Part shown: positions 1-10,199 of the stretch, in pieces | Layout: the number at the start of each line of letters is the position of its first letter | Numbering within the stretch: the stretch's first letter is position 1 | Assembly (NCBI GenBank): GCA_900541575.1 | Contig: UQKO01000005.1 | Coordinates: forward strand, 5,828 to 69,827 | From: an uncultured Prevotella sp. | GTDB taxonomy: Bacteria > Bacteroidota > Bacteroidia > Bacteroidales > Bacteroidaceae | Length of the DNA stretch: 64,000 bases | Direction: 5' to 3' | Notes under the pieces: model-generated | Databases searched by the model: none | What the model saw: only the letters and a program-made list of their open reading frames with translations | Told to the model about the DNA's origin: nothing | Made by a program: the position numbers and the translations under genes

Positions 1-44
1 AACTGGAAGACTGGAGAAACATCACACTTAAATAAGATAAAGCG

Positions 45-1517
45 ATGAAAAAGAACAAAATTTTGCCTATATTGTTTTTGGGTATATTGGCTTCAACAAA
101 CGGCTTCGCCCAAAACATTAATCCTCACAAGACATACGATGATTTCAAAAAGCAGGCACTACAAAAATACAATGACTTCAGAACGCAAGCCAACGAACAA
201 TATGCCGTTTTCTTAAAGCAAGCTTGGGAACAATACAATGCCTTGCCTGCCATTCCAAAACCCAAGGACGAGACTGTGCCACCTGTCACAATTCCCGAAG
301 AAGATAAGAACAAGCCCATAGAGAGCAATCCAATCCCAATTAAGGATGTAGTTGTACCACCAACACCAGATCCACAACCTACTCCTATCGCGCCCATCAA
401 AGAGGACTCTCAACCAAAAGAAAGGACGATTGAATTTATCTACTGTGGAACAAAATGCCGGATTCGCCTTAATAAGAACCTAAATATGACTCTCCAAGAT
501 TGTAGCAACGAACAGTTATCTAATGTCTGGACACAACTGTCAGTAGAGGGCGTACTCAACAACACCATAAGAGACTGTCTTGCAATAAGAGTTGGCAGGA
601 ACTTATGTGATTGGGCATACCTAAACTTATTATCTTCATTTTCAAAAGCTATATATGGAAATTCCAATGAAGCGACAATGCTTACTTCTTATATTTATGC
701 CCAAAGTGGATATAAAATGAGATTAGGAAGAAATGAGCAACACATATATTTATTATATGCAAGTGAACATGGAATTTATGAGATTCCATACTTTAATATT
801 GATAATTTGAATTTTTATCCATTTGAATGTAACGAGAATCAACTTGAAATATGTGATGCCTCATTTCCGCAAGAAAAACCTTTATCCTTGTATATTCCGC
901 AAAATCAAAAATTTGAATATAAGGCAAGTGATTTGCGAACTTTGACATCTAAAAGATATCCAAATGTTCAAGTACAAGTTCAAGTTAACGAGAACCTGAT
1001 AGATTTCTATAATACATATCCAACATCAGAAGTAAATGGTAACTTTATGACAAGGTGGGCAATGTATGCCAACACGCCATTGGATGAACATGTGAAAACA
1101 GACCTTTATCCTGCACTAAAAGAAAAGATCAATGGCTTGAGTCAATTGGAAGCTGCTAACAAGTTACTGAATTGGGTTCAAACTGCATTTGTTTATGAAT
1201 ATGATGATAAAGTGTGGGGAGACGACAGGGCCTTCTTTGCAGAAGAAACCTTATATTATCCTTATTGTGACTGTGAAGACAGATCTATACTATTCACTCG
1301 TTTAATAAGGGACTTATTGGGGTTGAAAACTATTTTAGTGTTTTACCCAGGACATTTGGCAAGTGCAGTATGCTTTACAGATAATGTTACCGGGGATTAT
1401 ATTTCTTTAAATGGAAAACATTATGTCATTACAGATCCTACTTATATTGGTGCACCAGTTGGAATGACAATGCCTGATATGGACAATACTCAGGCACATG
1501 TTATTCTATTAGAATGA
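45..1517 (+). CDS. Secreted hypothetical protein with C-terminal transglutaminase-like (Cys-His-Asp) domain
   Basis: 490 aa ORF with signal peptide and Pro-rich linker. Motifs DCEDRS, PGHLA and ITDPT fit a transglutaminase-like triad. DNA is AT-rich. Confidence 0.7.
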   Translation: MKKNKILPILFLGILASTNGFAQNINPHKTYDDFKKQALQKYNDFRTQANEQYAVFLKQAWEQYNALPAIPKPKDETVPPVTIPEEDKNKPIESNPIPIKDVVVPPTPDPQPTPIAPIKEDSQPKERTIEFIYCGTKCRIRLNKNLNMTLQDCSNEQLSNVWTQLSVEGVLNNTIRDCLAIRVGRNLCDWAYLNLLSSFSKAIYGNSNEATMLTSYIYAQSGYKMRLGRNEQHIYLLYASEHGIYEIPYFNIDNLNFYPFECNENQLEICDASFPQEKPLSLYIPQNQKFEYKASDLRTLTSKRYPNVQVQVQVNENLIDFYNTYPTSEVNGNFMTRWAMYANTPLDEHVKTDLYPALKEKINGLSQLEAANKLLNWVQTAFVYEYDDKVWGDDRAFFAEETLYYPYCDCEDRSILFTRLIRDLLGLKTILVFYPGHLASAVCFTDNVTGDYISLNGKHYVITDPTYIGAPVGMTMPDMDNTQAHVILLE

Positions 1518-1551
1518 CACAATTAAAAAGGCATTTTAAATGTAAAGATAA

Positions 1552-1587
1552 CGGATGGGGTTGATTAAACAACAGCCATCCGCTTTT
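1552..1587 (+). terminator. Probable intrinsic terminator
   Basis: CGGATGG...CCATCCG stem followed by CTTTT, downstream of the 45..1517 stop. Confidence 0.55.
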
Positions 1588-1877
1588 CATTTGTCTATGT
1601 ATGATGCGACAAGATAAACAATCGAAATGACTGTATAAAGGAAACACGGCAAGAATATCCAAAGCAAAGTCTTTACCCAACCGTTTGACAACCACACACC
1701 TTCATTCCTTGACATCATATTAGACATATCATAGAAATGGCGAGTGAGGATTTCTTTGTTTTCCTTTCGGTGGTCTTCAAGAAGTTTGGACTCATCGCCA
1801 ATGAGTTTCTTTCTGTCATCTGTCAGTTTCTCAATGTCGCCATCATCAACCTTAGCCTTGAACTTTATATCTCTCAT
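1587..1877 (-). pseudogene. Small membrane-anchored hypothetical ORF, probably a mobile-element remnant
   Basis: 96 aa with one C-terminal TM helix; lies at the edge of the AT-rich segment. Confidence 0.35.
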
Positions 1878-2054
1878 ATCAATGGCTTTCCAATCTTGGC
1901 AAACACATTTTCGGCATCCAAGGCAATGTTCTTATCGATGACATCCAGACAGTTCTGTGGAATGTCAACAGTAGAAAAAACTCACAAACTACAATCTCTT
2001 TTTGCTCATTCCGCCACATCTCGCTAACTTCGCAGCACAAATCATTCTAACATT

Positions 2055-2459
2055 ATGAGTAAAAAAAGCGATTACAAAGCACGCAATGAAGCGTTCCTAG
2101 CCGAAAAACAAGCAGAAGAGGGCATACATGAACTACCCAAAGGCATTCTTTATAAAGTGGAAAAGAGCGGTAATCCGCAAGGACGACGCCCCGATCTGCG
2201 CAGTGTGGTGTGCGTACACTATACAGGCCGTCTTATCAATGGCCGCGTGTTTGATGATACACGCCGCGAAGGCATTCCCGCCGCCTTTCGCCTCTACGAA
2301 GTCATTGATGGATGGCAGATTGCACTGAGCCAAATGCGTCCAGGCGACCGCTGGACGCTCTATATTCCCGCTCCCATGGCCTACGGAAGTCGCACCGATG
2401 GCGACATTCCTGGCAACTCTACATTGATTTTCGACGTAGAGCTCATCAGCATTGCTTAA
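2055..2459 (+). CDS. FKBP-type peptidyl-prolyl cis-trans isomerase
   Basis: FKBP motifs VHYTGRLINGRVFD, VIDGW, AYG, IPGNSTLIFDVEL. Confidence 0.95.
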   Translation: MSKKSDYKARNEAFLAEKQAEEGIHELPKGILYKVEKSGNPQGRRPDLRSVVCVHYTGRLINGRVFDDTRREGIPAAFRLYEVIDGWQIALSQMRPGDRWTLYIPAPMAYGSRTDGDIPGNSTLIFDVELISIA

Positions 2460-2492
2460 TATTCCTATCCTTCCCCATCGTCCCCAACTCTT

Positions 2493-3533
2493 ATGAAGAA
2501 ATCTCTCACACGACAATCGAACATAGAGCTTCTGCGCATCATTGCCATGCTCATGGTCATCACCTTGCATGTGTGTAATGCTTTTGGTAGTTGGATGGTT
2601 CCTCGCATCACGGCGCATCCTTTCCATTGGCTCGGCATTATCTTTACCAACACAGCCTGCATCGGCTGCGTAGACATTTTCGTGCTCATCACAGGATGGT
2701 TTGGCACCAATTTCAAATTCAACGGAGCACTCAAACTGGTGTTTCAAGTGATATTCACGGCTTCGTGTATGTTTCTCCTTCTATGGGCTATGGGCTACCA
2801 ACTGCCCAATAATTGGCACTACTATGTACAAGCTTACTGGAGCTACTGGTTTGCTTGTAGCTATTTAGTGCTCTATCTGCTCACGCCCGCACTCAATGCT
2901 TTCATTCAACAGACCGATGAGCGCGGACTTCGAGTTTTTCTCCTTACATTCTATGCTTTCGTGGTGCCCCTCTCCTATTTCTTTAATGATATAGGACGTG
3001 GATTCAGTGCGGTATCCTTTGTAGGGTTGTATCTTTTAGGAAGGTATCTCCGTCTTTACCTATCACCACGCCTTGGTGAGAAATATAGCAAGTGGAAGTT
3101 GGCAAGTATCTGGATAGGCATTTCCGTACTCATCTGTGCCACGTTGTGGACTTGCACGCTGACATCGCAGACAGCAACAACCTATCTCGTCAACATTCTC
3201 TTTGCCTACACCAATCCACTCGTTATCATCGCTTCATCGGCCTTACTCCTTTGCTTTGCACGCATGAAGTTTCAGAGCTATGTGGTCAATTGGCTTGCTC
3301 TGGGCAGCTTTGCCGCTTATCTTGTACATCAACAACTCTACGTGCGTCCGCATTTCTTCCATTGGTTCACAGACCTAGATGCCCGCTTCGACACGCTAGC
3401 TTACATGGCCTTAGCCCTACTCAGCATTTTAGCCGTATACTTATTCTCATGCCTGCTCGATACACTTCGACGAACTGCATGGAAAGGCCTCGTATGCTTA
3501 TTCCATCGAAAAAGTGCACGCTCTGCAGCGTAA
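2493..3533 (+). CDS. Acyltransferase family 3 membrane protein
   Basis: RQSNIELLRIIAMLMVITLH and CVDIFVLITGWF motifs; about 10 TM helices. Confidence 0.88.
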   Translation: MKKSLTRQSNIELLRIIAMLMVITLHVCNAFGSWMVPRITAHPFHWLGIIFTNTACIGCVDIFVLITGWFGTNFKFNGALKLVFQVIFTASCMFLLLWAMGYQLPNNWHYYVQAYWSYWFACSYLVLYLLTPALNAFIQQTDERGLRVFLLTFYAFVVPLSYFFNDIGRGFSAVSFVGLYLLGRYLRLYLSPRLGEKYSKWKLASIWIGISVLICATLWTCTLTSQTATTYLVNILFAYTNPLVIIASSALLLCFARMKFQSYVVNWLALGSFAAYLVHQQLYVRPHFFHWFTDLDARFDTLAYMALALLSILAVYLFSCLLDTLRRTAWKGLVCLFHRKSARSAA

Positions 3534-3695
3534 TGATGGTATGCTTTTCTAGCATTTCTTGGGACATTGAAAGTTTCTCTTCTGCAGGATGCATAAATCG
3601 TCCATTATGCAGTAAAAGGATGCATATTCTTGGCCGATTAGCAAAATCCTCGTAATTTCGCGCAGTTTTAGACTTTCATCTTGAAAACAATCCCT

Positions 3696-5147
3696 ATGAA
3701 TAAGAAAAGACATCTGCCCTCACCACTCATTTCACTTTTGCCCTTAGTGGTGCTTGTGCTTATGCTAGTGGCTACGATACGTGCGTATGGAAGTGATTCG
3801 CTGCTAGGAGCAAGCCAAGTGACCCTACTTGTCGTATCAGCCTTCTGTGTGCTGCTTGGCACTACGGTGCTCGGAGTGCCTTGGGCCGACTTTGAAAGGA
3901 TGATTACGAAGAATGTAGCAAGCGTGACAAGCGCCATAATCATCCTATTACTCATTGGTGCACTTAGCGGCACGTGGATGGTGAGCGGCGTGGTTCCTTC
4001 ACTGATTTATTATGGTGTGAAGATTATTCATCCCGACGTATTCCTTGCATCGACATGCATAATCAGCGCGCTTGTCAGCGTGATGACTGGAAGTTCATGG
4101 ACCACCATTGCCACCATAGGCATTGCGCTTATGGGAATAGGGCGAGCACAGGGTTTCGACGATGGATGGATAGCGGGCGCCATCATCAGTGGAGCCTATT
4201 TTGGTGATAAGATTTCCCCTCTCTCTGACACCACAGTTCTTGCCTCTGGAGCCGTGGGGGTGCCCATATTCAAGCACATACGCTATATGCTTATCACAAC
4301 GATTCCCTCGCTCATCATTGCCCTTATCATTTTCACTTTTGCTGGATTTATGCAACAGAGCAATAGCAGTGCAGAGATTGAGCAATTTACTTCCGCCTTG
4401 GCGGGACGATTTCACATCTCGGCATGGTTGCTCATGGTGCCAGTGCTCACGGGCGTGATGATCGCTCGAAAGGTTCCTCCCATTGCCACATTGTTTCTTT
4501 CCACCTTGTTAGCAGTGGTCTTTTCCTTGGTTTTTCAATCGGATGCGTTGCGCGAAATTGCAGGAGGCGACTTATTCAAGGGGGCAATGCAGTCTGTCTA
4601 TGGCCAGACATCGCTCTCTACGAGCAATCCAATGCTCACCTCGCTCGTAGCCACACGTGGCATGGCTGGTATGATGGGCACAATATGGCTTATCATCTGC
4701 GCCATGTGTTTTGGCGGAGCCATGGAAGCGGGCGGCATGGTAAGAGGAATCACGCAAATGTTTGTGCGCATGATTCGCGGGCGCGTGAGCTTGGTGGCTT
4801 CTACGGTATGCAGCGGATTGATGCTCAATCTGGCTGTGGCCGATCAGTACATCTGCGTGTTGCTCACTGGCAACATGTTCAAGAAAATTTACGATAGACA
4901 ACAATATGAACGCCGACTGCTGAGCCGCACCACAGAAGATAGTGTGACGGTAACGTCCGTACTCGTGCCTTGGAACACGTGTGGCATGACACAAAGCACC
5001 GTCTTGGGTGTGCCCACGCTGACCTACTTGCCCTATTGTTTTTTCAATCTGATTAGCCCCTTGATGAGCATCTGTGTGGCTGCTTTGGGCTATAAAATCT
5101 GGCGAACTACAAATTCTATATCAGAAAAAGAGGAGCACACCGCCTAG
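3696..5147 (+). CDS. nhaC: Na+/H+ antiporter, NhaC family
   Basis: GSSWTTIATIG, GAIISGAYFGDKISPLSDTT, SRTTEDS and VPWNTCG motifs; ATG at 3696 chosen. Confidence 0.9.
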   Translation: MNKKRHLPSPLISLLPLVVLVLMLVATIRAYGSDSLLGASQVTLLVVSAFCVLLGTTVLGVPWADFERMITKNVASVTSAIIILLLIGALSGTWMVSGVVPSLIYYGVKIIHPDVFLASTCIISALVSVMTGSSWTTIATIGIALMGIGRAQGFDDGWIAGAIISGAYFGDKISPLSDTTVLASGAVGVPIFKHIRYMLITTIPSLIIALIIFTFAGFMQQSNSSAEIEQFTSALAGRFHISAWLLMVPVLTGVMIARKVPPIATLFLSTLLAVVFSLVFQSDALREIAGGDLFKGAMQSVYGQTSLSTSNPMLTSLVATRGMAGMMGTIWLIICAMCFGGAMEAGGMVRGITQMFVRMIRGRVSLVASTVCSGLMLNLAVADQYICVLLTGNMFKKIYDRQQYERRLLSRTTEDSVTVTSVLVPWNTCGMTQSTVLGVPTLTYLPYCFFNLISPLMSICVAALGYKIWRTTNSISEKEEHTA

Positions 5148-5333
5148 GACAAATGCTATGAAAAGCTTTAGCCTCTCGGCCATTGTAAATAAAAGGGGAC
5201 ACAATGCGGGGGGGGTCTTGAGGAAGAAGAAGGTTCCTCTTGGTCGGGAATAGCCATGCTGAATGGAGCTAGTAATACATCCTGACCGCAAATTTATACT
5301 CTGGATTTAAGAAGAAAAAGGGATTTTTCTCTG

Positions 5334-6722
5334 TTACAAAGCTGCAATAGCCCTCCATTCGTCATTCTCCCAAAGAGGACAAAGTTGGAAATTAGAATCA
5401 ATACAGCAAATCATGTCGGGAGTGATATCAATGGTATAGTTGCCATAAGAGTTTCGCTCTACGCAATAGCTGCTAGCATGGTGGAGCACATCGTCTAAGG
5501 AAAGTATTTTCTTTTTAAGCATGGCTATCATAGGACCACGAGTAGAATAATCGCAGATATTGGGAGCCTTCACAGGATTACCTCCGAACTTAGCATAAAT
5601 TTTGCGATACTTTTGCATCACATGCTCCATACGGCAGTTGTAACTTTTTAGGCCACACGCGCTGTCGGGCTTAGTGAAGTTTATACCCTCTCTGACCGAT
5701 TCTAGAAGAAATAAGGCATAGAGAGCTTTCTCACGACGATGAACATCAATCACCGTGTCGGCATCAGGTAGGCTAATACAGCCGCGTACTGTATCGACCA
5801 CGATGCGGCTTTTAATGCCTCGACGCAACATGTGAAGATCGAACACTTGGCGGTAGAATCCTTTGTAGACAAAGCGGCCAGGTTCTTCGTGCAAATAGTT
5901 GAGGTGTAGATTGTGGAAAAGTTTGGCATAGACGGCAAGGAGTTGTTCAACCGACAGAAGTACATTTTTCCCCACCTCTACCAAGAGAAAATTGGAGAAG
6001 GACTCTCCGCCCACCACAGAATCGCCCACCTTAATCATCACCGAAGGAGCTACAAATGCCATCTCTCGTAAGCCTAGTTTGGCAGAAAGAAGGTCGCGAC
6101 AATATTCATGAGTTTTAAGCGATTGCAGACTATCCCATACAAGTTGCAAGCGTTCGATGCTCACCGAGGGATAGAGGAAACGAACCACGCGTTTCATATC
6201 GTCCTCGCTGATACTGCCATAATGGGCCGACACACGGGGAATGTACACGAAATCGAAGCCTGCAAGGCGCACCATATTGGAGAGTTCATTAAAATGGCTC
6301 TCTATTTGCGTATTGATACAAGTATCGTATTGGCTCTCAACGTAGAGCAACTGATTGTCATCGAACTGCACTTCCGCATTGCTCACGCTGATAATAGAGG
6401 CGCTACCGCCATTAGCTACCACAAGACAATAGCGCAGAGCTAACATCAGCAGTGCTTCGGCTCGAGCACAATAATTGTCGGACATTGCCACTTCGGCGAA
6501 ATCGGTCACAAGCTGATGACGCAACACCGCCTCAGCCTCTGCGAGGGTTGTAACGGCTTCAGCAAAGGTGAGGTAGTCGGCTCGCCGTTCATCGTCGGGC
6601 ATGATTTTATATTTTGTACGAAGGGTCTCGAGATATTCTATCTCCTGCATGTCAATGATGCCATCAGCTTGTATCAAGTCGGATATCACACGCATCAAGC
6701 TAGCCTTTTCATTCTGTTTCAT
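5334..6722 (-). CDS. Hypothetical protein with N-terminal TerB-like domain and possible C-terminal regulator-like domain
   Basis: N-terminus DLIQADGIIDMQEIEYL...AMSDN resembles TerB; C-terminal REKALYALFL segment. Confidence 0.55.
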   Translation of the reverse strand: MKQNEKASLMRVISDLIQADGIIDMQEIEYLETLRTKYKIMPDDERRADYLTFAEAVTTLAEAEAVLRHQLVTDFAEVAMSDNYCARAEALLMLALRYCLVVANGGSASIISVSNAEVQFDDNQLLYVESQYDTCINTQIESHFNELSNMVRLAGFDFVYIPRVSAHYGSISEDDMKRVVRFLYPSVSIERLQLVWDSLQSLKTHEYCRDLLSAKLGLREMAFVAPSVMIKVGDSVVGGESFSNFLLVEVGKNVLLSVEQLLAVYAKLFHNLHLNYLHEEPGRFVYKGFYRQVFDLHMLRRGIKSRIVVDTVRGCISLPDADTVIDVHRREKALYALFLLESVREGINFTKPDSACGLKSYNCRMEHVMQKYRKIYAKFGGNPVKAPNICDYSTRGPMIAMLKKKILSLDDVLHHASSYCVERNSYGNYTIDITPDMICCIDSNFQLCPLWENDEWRAIAAL

Positions 6723-6771
6723 TTCTCGCCACAGTATTTGAAATAAGGTATATGCTATTTTTTGAGGAATG

Positions 6772-6840
6772 GTGCAAATCGTATGCAGAATATCAAGCTT
6801 GCTTGAATATACTGCTGAGGTGCAGCCTTATGCAAAGATA
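6772..6840. repeat. Single copy of the ~73-bp palindromic REP/MITE-like family (family A)
   Basis: GTGCAAATCG-ATGCAGAATATCAAGCTTGCTTGAATAT-GCTGAG-TGCAAAGATA, matching the units at 30911-31139. Confidence 0.85.
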
Positions 6841-7059
6841 GCAATAAAATTATACAAGAATTAGACCGGCTACTGATAAAATACTACATTTGCAAGAAGC
6901 AGCATACACGCCCCTTAAAAACCAACGCAGCTACAAGAGTGGATATTGCCTAAATCTATCATAAAGGAGAATCAAAGACAAAAGACGAGCGTGATAAAGT
7001 TTGCTTCTATTATTGTGCCGCTACTTATTTCAAATTCATCCATCTACACTTTCCTCACC

Positions 7060-7482
7060 ATGCAAACAAATATAGATCGCTTCTTAGAAGCACAGAACAA
7101 CGGACGATATGAACAGGCTCTGGCCGAAATAAAAAACGGACGCAAAGAGTCGCATTGGATATGGTACATTTTTCCGCAACTTCGCGGATTGGGTTATAGC
7201 CGTAGGGCGCAATATTACGGAATTGAATCTAGGGATGAAGCAGAAGACTATCTGAAGAATCACACCTTACGTCAGAGGCTCGAAGAGATTACCCACGCAC
7301 TACTCCTTCACACCGATAAAACTGCAGAAACCATACTCGGAGGCATTGATGCTCTAAAGATGCGTTCGTGTATGACTCTTTTCGACGCTATTTCCCCAAA
7401 CGATGTTTACGCCGAAGTGCTCGAATCCTTCTACGATGGTGTGCGTTGTAAACGTACACTGCAAATGCTCAAAGAAGAATAA
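7060..7482 (+). CDS. DUF1810 family protein
   Basis: RFLEAQ, ALAEIKNGRKESHWIWYIFPQLRGLG and DALKMRSCMTLF motifs; ATG at 7060. Confidence 0.9.
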   Translation: MQTNIDRFLEAQNNGRYEQALAEIKNGRKESHWIWYIFPQLRGLGYSRRAQYYGIESRDEAEDYLKNHTLRQRLEEITHALLLHTDKTAETILGGIDALKMRSCMTLFDAISPNDVYAEVLESFYDGVRCKRTLQMLKEE

Positions 7483-7486
7483 CTTT

Positions 7487-7582
7487 ATTCAAGTTTTCTC
7501 TAAAGAAAGTCGTTTCCTTATCTCGCGGGCATGTGGTTGGAAATACTCATCTTAAATTCGGCTTTAACTAGAGCGGGCTGAA
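7487..7582. repeat. Dispersed 96-bp repeat (family B), copy 1
   Basis: About 86/96 identical to 43408-43503 by manual alignment. Confidence 0.9.
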
Positions 7583-7901
7583 AACCATGCTAAATCCAAA
7601 ACTACCCTCATATATATATATATATACGAAAGGCGTCAAGCTACAACTTTCCCCCCTCAAAAACACAACTATCAGTGTTTTATTATTGCTGTATTATAAT
7701 TCTTTTGTAATATTGCAGTAGATTAACAACCCGACACTATAAAACACCTGCAACGTTGCAAAATGTGACATTTCCCCCAAATAGTTCCATACTTTTGCAA
7801 CAAGAAACAGAGGCAATTACTTCCACACTATTTACTAAGAGATACAAGAGGAAGAAAAACCTTGAATCAGAAACTTCCATTCACACTCCAATCCCCAAAA
7901 C

Positions 7902-7960
7902 GTGCAAACCGAATGCCATCTCAAGCTTGCTTGAATGGATGAGGAGCAGCCGGTTTTATT
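7902..7960. repeat. Diverged copy of repeat family A
   Basis: GTGCAAACCGAATGC...TCAAGCTTGCTTGAAT...GAG..GCAGCC. Confidence 0.65.
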
Positions 7961-7975
7961 AAAAAACACACCATT

Positions 7976-8140
7976 ATGTCCAACACTCACATTCCAGGTC
8001 TTAGCTTCTCGCTCAAACGCGCACTGGGCATCACCCGTGCTAAGCAGCAGTTCGCTCGACAGACGGGCATTCCTACCACCAAAACTGGCATAGAACGCAA
8101 AATAGGTCGCGCACTGCTAAAAGGGTTGTTTGGGAAATAG
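7976..8140 (+). CDS. 54-aa basic small protein (not in ORF track)
   Basis: MSNTHIPGLSFSLKRALGITRAKQQFARQTGIPTTKTGIERKIGRALLKGLFGK*; A-rich initiation region; same strand as the downstream Sel1 gene. Confidence 0.75.
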   Translation: MSNTHIPGLSFSLKRALGITRAKQQFARQTGIPTTKTGIERKIGRALLKGLFGK

Positions 8141-8257
8141 CTACTCATATAAGTTCTTAAGTTTATGAGGTTATAAAGTTACCACAGCGAAGCATTAATT
8201 CCATAGGCATCACTCTCCAATGTTTAACCTCAAGAAAGACAAACATTCTTGTGACTC

Positions 8258-10183
8258 ATGAAAAAGACTTTCGTTACTATCCTTATCCTGCTCACTTGTG
8301 CCCTTACCGCTCACGCACAAATCAGCACGCAAGAATCACCCAAATATTCTATCAAAGAACTCAAGCAACTTACTAAAAAGGCTGACAAAGGCGATGTAGA
8401 GAGCATGGTGAAACTATATAAATACCACTTAGAAGATGAACATGGCGACTCCACACTCATCGTGCACTACCTTCAGCGAGCCGCTGATGCGGGCGATGCA
8501 GAAGCTCAGACCTCTTTAGGCGCATGCTTTCAGAAAGGCTTTCTCGGACTGCAGCGCGATGAGCAGAAGGGATTCTATTACATTCAAAAGGCCGCTGCCC
8601 AAGGCCACGACATGGCGATATACAATTTAGGTTTAGATTACCTCTATGGTATAGGCGTAGCGAAAGATCTCGACAAGGCTCTCAGCTACTTCAAGCAGGC
8701 CGCCATGAGTGGAGTGGCGCAAGCGCAGTATTTCTATGCCGCAGGAATCATTGACGATAGCGTCACCACGGATCAAGGCGTATTCTGGCTACAGAAGTCA
8801 GCCGACCAAGGATACGTGCCAGCCAACTCCATGCTGGCTAGGTACTATATAAACAAAGAAGATTATGAGAAGGCTCTTAAGAATGCACAAATCGCTGCTA
8901 GCACTGGCGATGCTGAGGGCGAAGCAGCACTAGCTACTCTCTACTACTATGGCTGTGGCGTAAACAAAGACTTAGACCAAGCCCGTTACTGGGCACAACA
9001 AGCTGCAGACCAAGAGAACGACGCAGGGTATACCATTCTGGGCAGTATCTACTATGACGAGGAGAACTATCTCTACGCCTTACCTTATCTACAGAAAGGC
9101 GCAGAACTTGGCAACAATCGAGCTAGAATCTTACTGGCAGATATCTATCACGAGGGGAAAAGCATGGCGAAAGACACCGAGAGGGCTTACGCTCTCCTCA
9201 AAGATGCGATCGCTGATGGCAATGAAGAAGCACAAAAGACCTTGGACTACTACCACTACATCGATGGTATAGACGATGCTTCGGCCATCGAGCAGAGCAA
9301 ACTTTCTACTGAGAGCGACGACCCTAACTCCTTGCTTTTGCTTGCAGCTAGATACCAAAAAGGAAAGGGTGTAGAAAAGAACCTAACAAAAGCATTCAAC
9401 CTCACCAAGCAAGCTGCCGACATGGGGCATGCTCCAGCACAAGCAATATTGTCATGGTTCTACACGAATGGATTGGGCACAGAGAAGAATCTACAAAAAG
9501 CATTCGAATATACGCTCAAAGCTGCCAAGCAAGATTATGAAAATGCATACGGCGATTTAGCTAATCTATATTATAATGGTATAGGCACCCCCGTCAATTA
9601 TCCTGAAGCACGCTATTGGGGCGAAAAAGGTATAGAACTTGGCGATACTGCAGCATACTACATCATGGGACTGTATTACTACGAAGGAAAAGCCACACCG
9701 ACTGACCATGCTAAATCGCTCTCTTACTTCCAAAAGTGCGCAGAACTCGGCAGTGGCGATGGCTACTATGGTTGCTTCCTCTGCCATACCTTCGGCGCTG
9801 GCGATATGCGCAACCATCCCTTGGCTTTTAAAGAATTGCAGCAAGCCATCAAGCTGCTCACTGTGCAAAAAGGCGAAAACTATGGTAACCTTATCGTAGC
9901 ATACTACAACATGGGCGTATGCTATGAGAGCGGCAAAGGCACAACCAAGGACTTCAAGAAAGCCTTCCACTGGTTTCTGAAAGCCGCCCAATGCAACTAT
10001 ACAGAAACTGAGCTGGAAAGCAATAAAAACGTTATAGCTAACGCCCAGTTTGCCGTATCAGGATATTATTACCAAGGGCAAGGTACTCCCGTCAATCGGG
10101 CCAAGGCAAAGTATTGGCTGCGAAAGGCTGCCGCAAATGGTTCGACTAGAGCGAAAGAAGCACTCAAAACACTGAAATTCTAA
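8258..10183 (+). CDS. Secreted Sel1-like repeat protein
   Basis: Signal peptide and many A..G...A...LG..Y..G.G repeats. Confidence 0.93.
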   Translation: MKKTFVTILILLTCALTAHAQISTQESPKYSIKELKQLTKKADKGDVESMVKLYKYHLEDEHGDSTLIVHYLQRAADAGDAEAQTSLGACFQKGFLGLQRDEQKGFYYIQKAAAQGHDMAIYNLGLDYLYGIGVAKDLDKALSYFKQAAMSGVAQAQYFYAAGIIDDSVTTDQGVFWLQKSADQGYVPANSMLARYYINKEDYEKALKNAQIAASTGDAEGEAALATLYYYGCGVNKDLDQARYWAQQAADQENDAGYTILGSIYYDEENYLYALPYLQKGAELGNNRARILLADIYHEGKSMAKDTERAYALLKDAIADGNEEAQKTLDYYHYIDGIDDASAIEQSKLSTESDDPNSLLLLAARYQKGKGVEKNLTKAFNLTKQAADMGHAPAQAILSWFYTNGLGTEKNLQKAFEYTLKAAKQDYENAYGDLANLYYNGIGTPVNYPEARYWGEKGIELGDTAAYYIMGLYYYEGKATPTDHAKSLSYFQKCAELGSGDGYYGCFLCHTFGAGDMRNHPLAFKELQQAIKLLTVQKGENYGNLIVAYYNMGVCYESGKGTTKDFKKAFHWFLKAAQCNYTETELESNKNVIANAQFAVSGYYYQGQGTPVNRAKAKYWLRKAAANGSTRAKEALKTLKF

Positions 10184-10199
10184 AAACACCTACGACAAT

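Noticed and set aside
5208..5215. Poly-G tract
   Set aside because: Lies between convergent gene ends with no plausible regulatory target
7610..7626. (AT)n microsatellite as a phase-variation switch
   Set aside because: Intergenic and not within a recognisable promoter spacer or CDS
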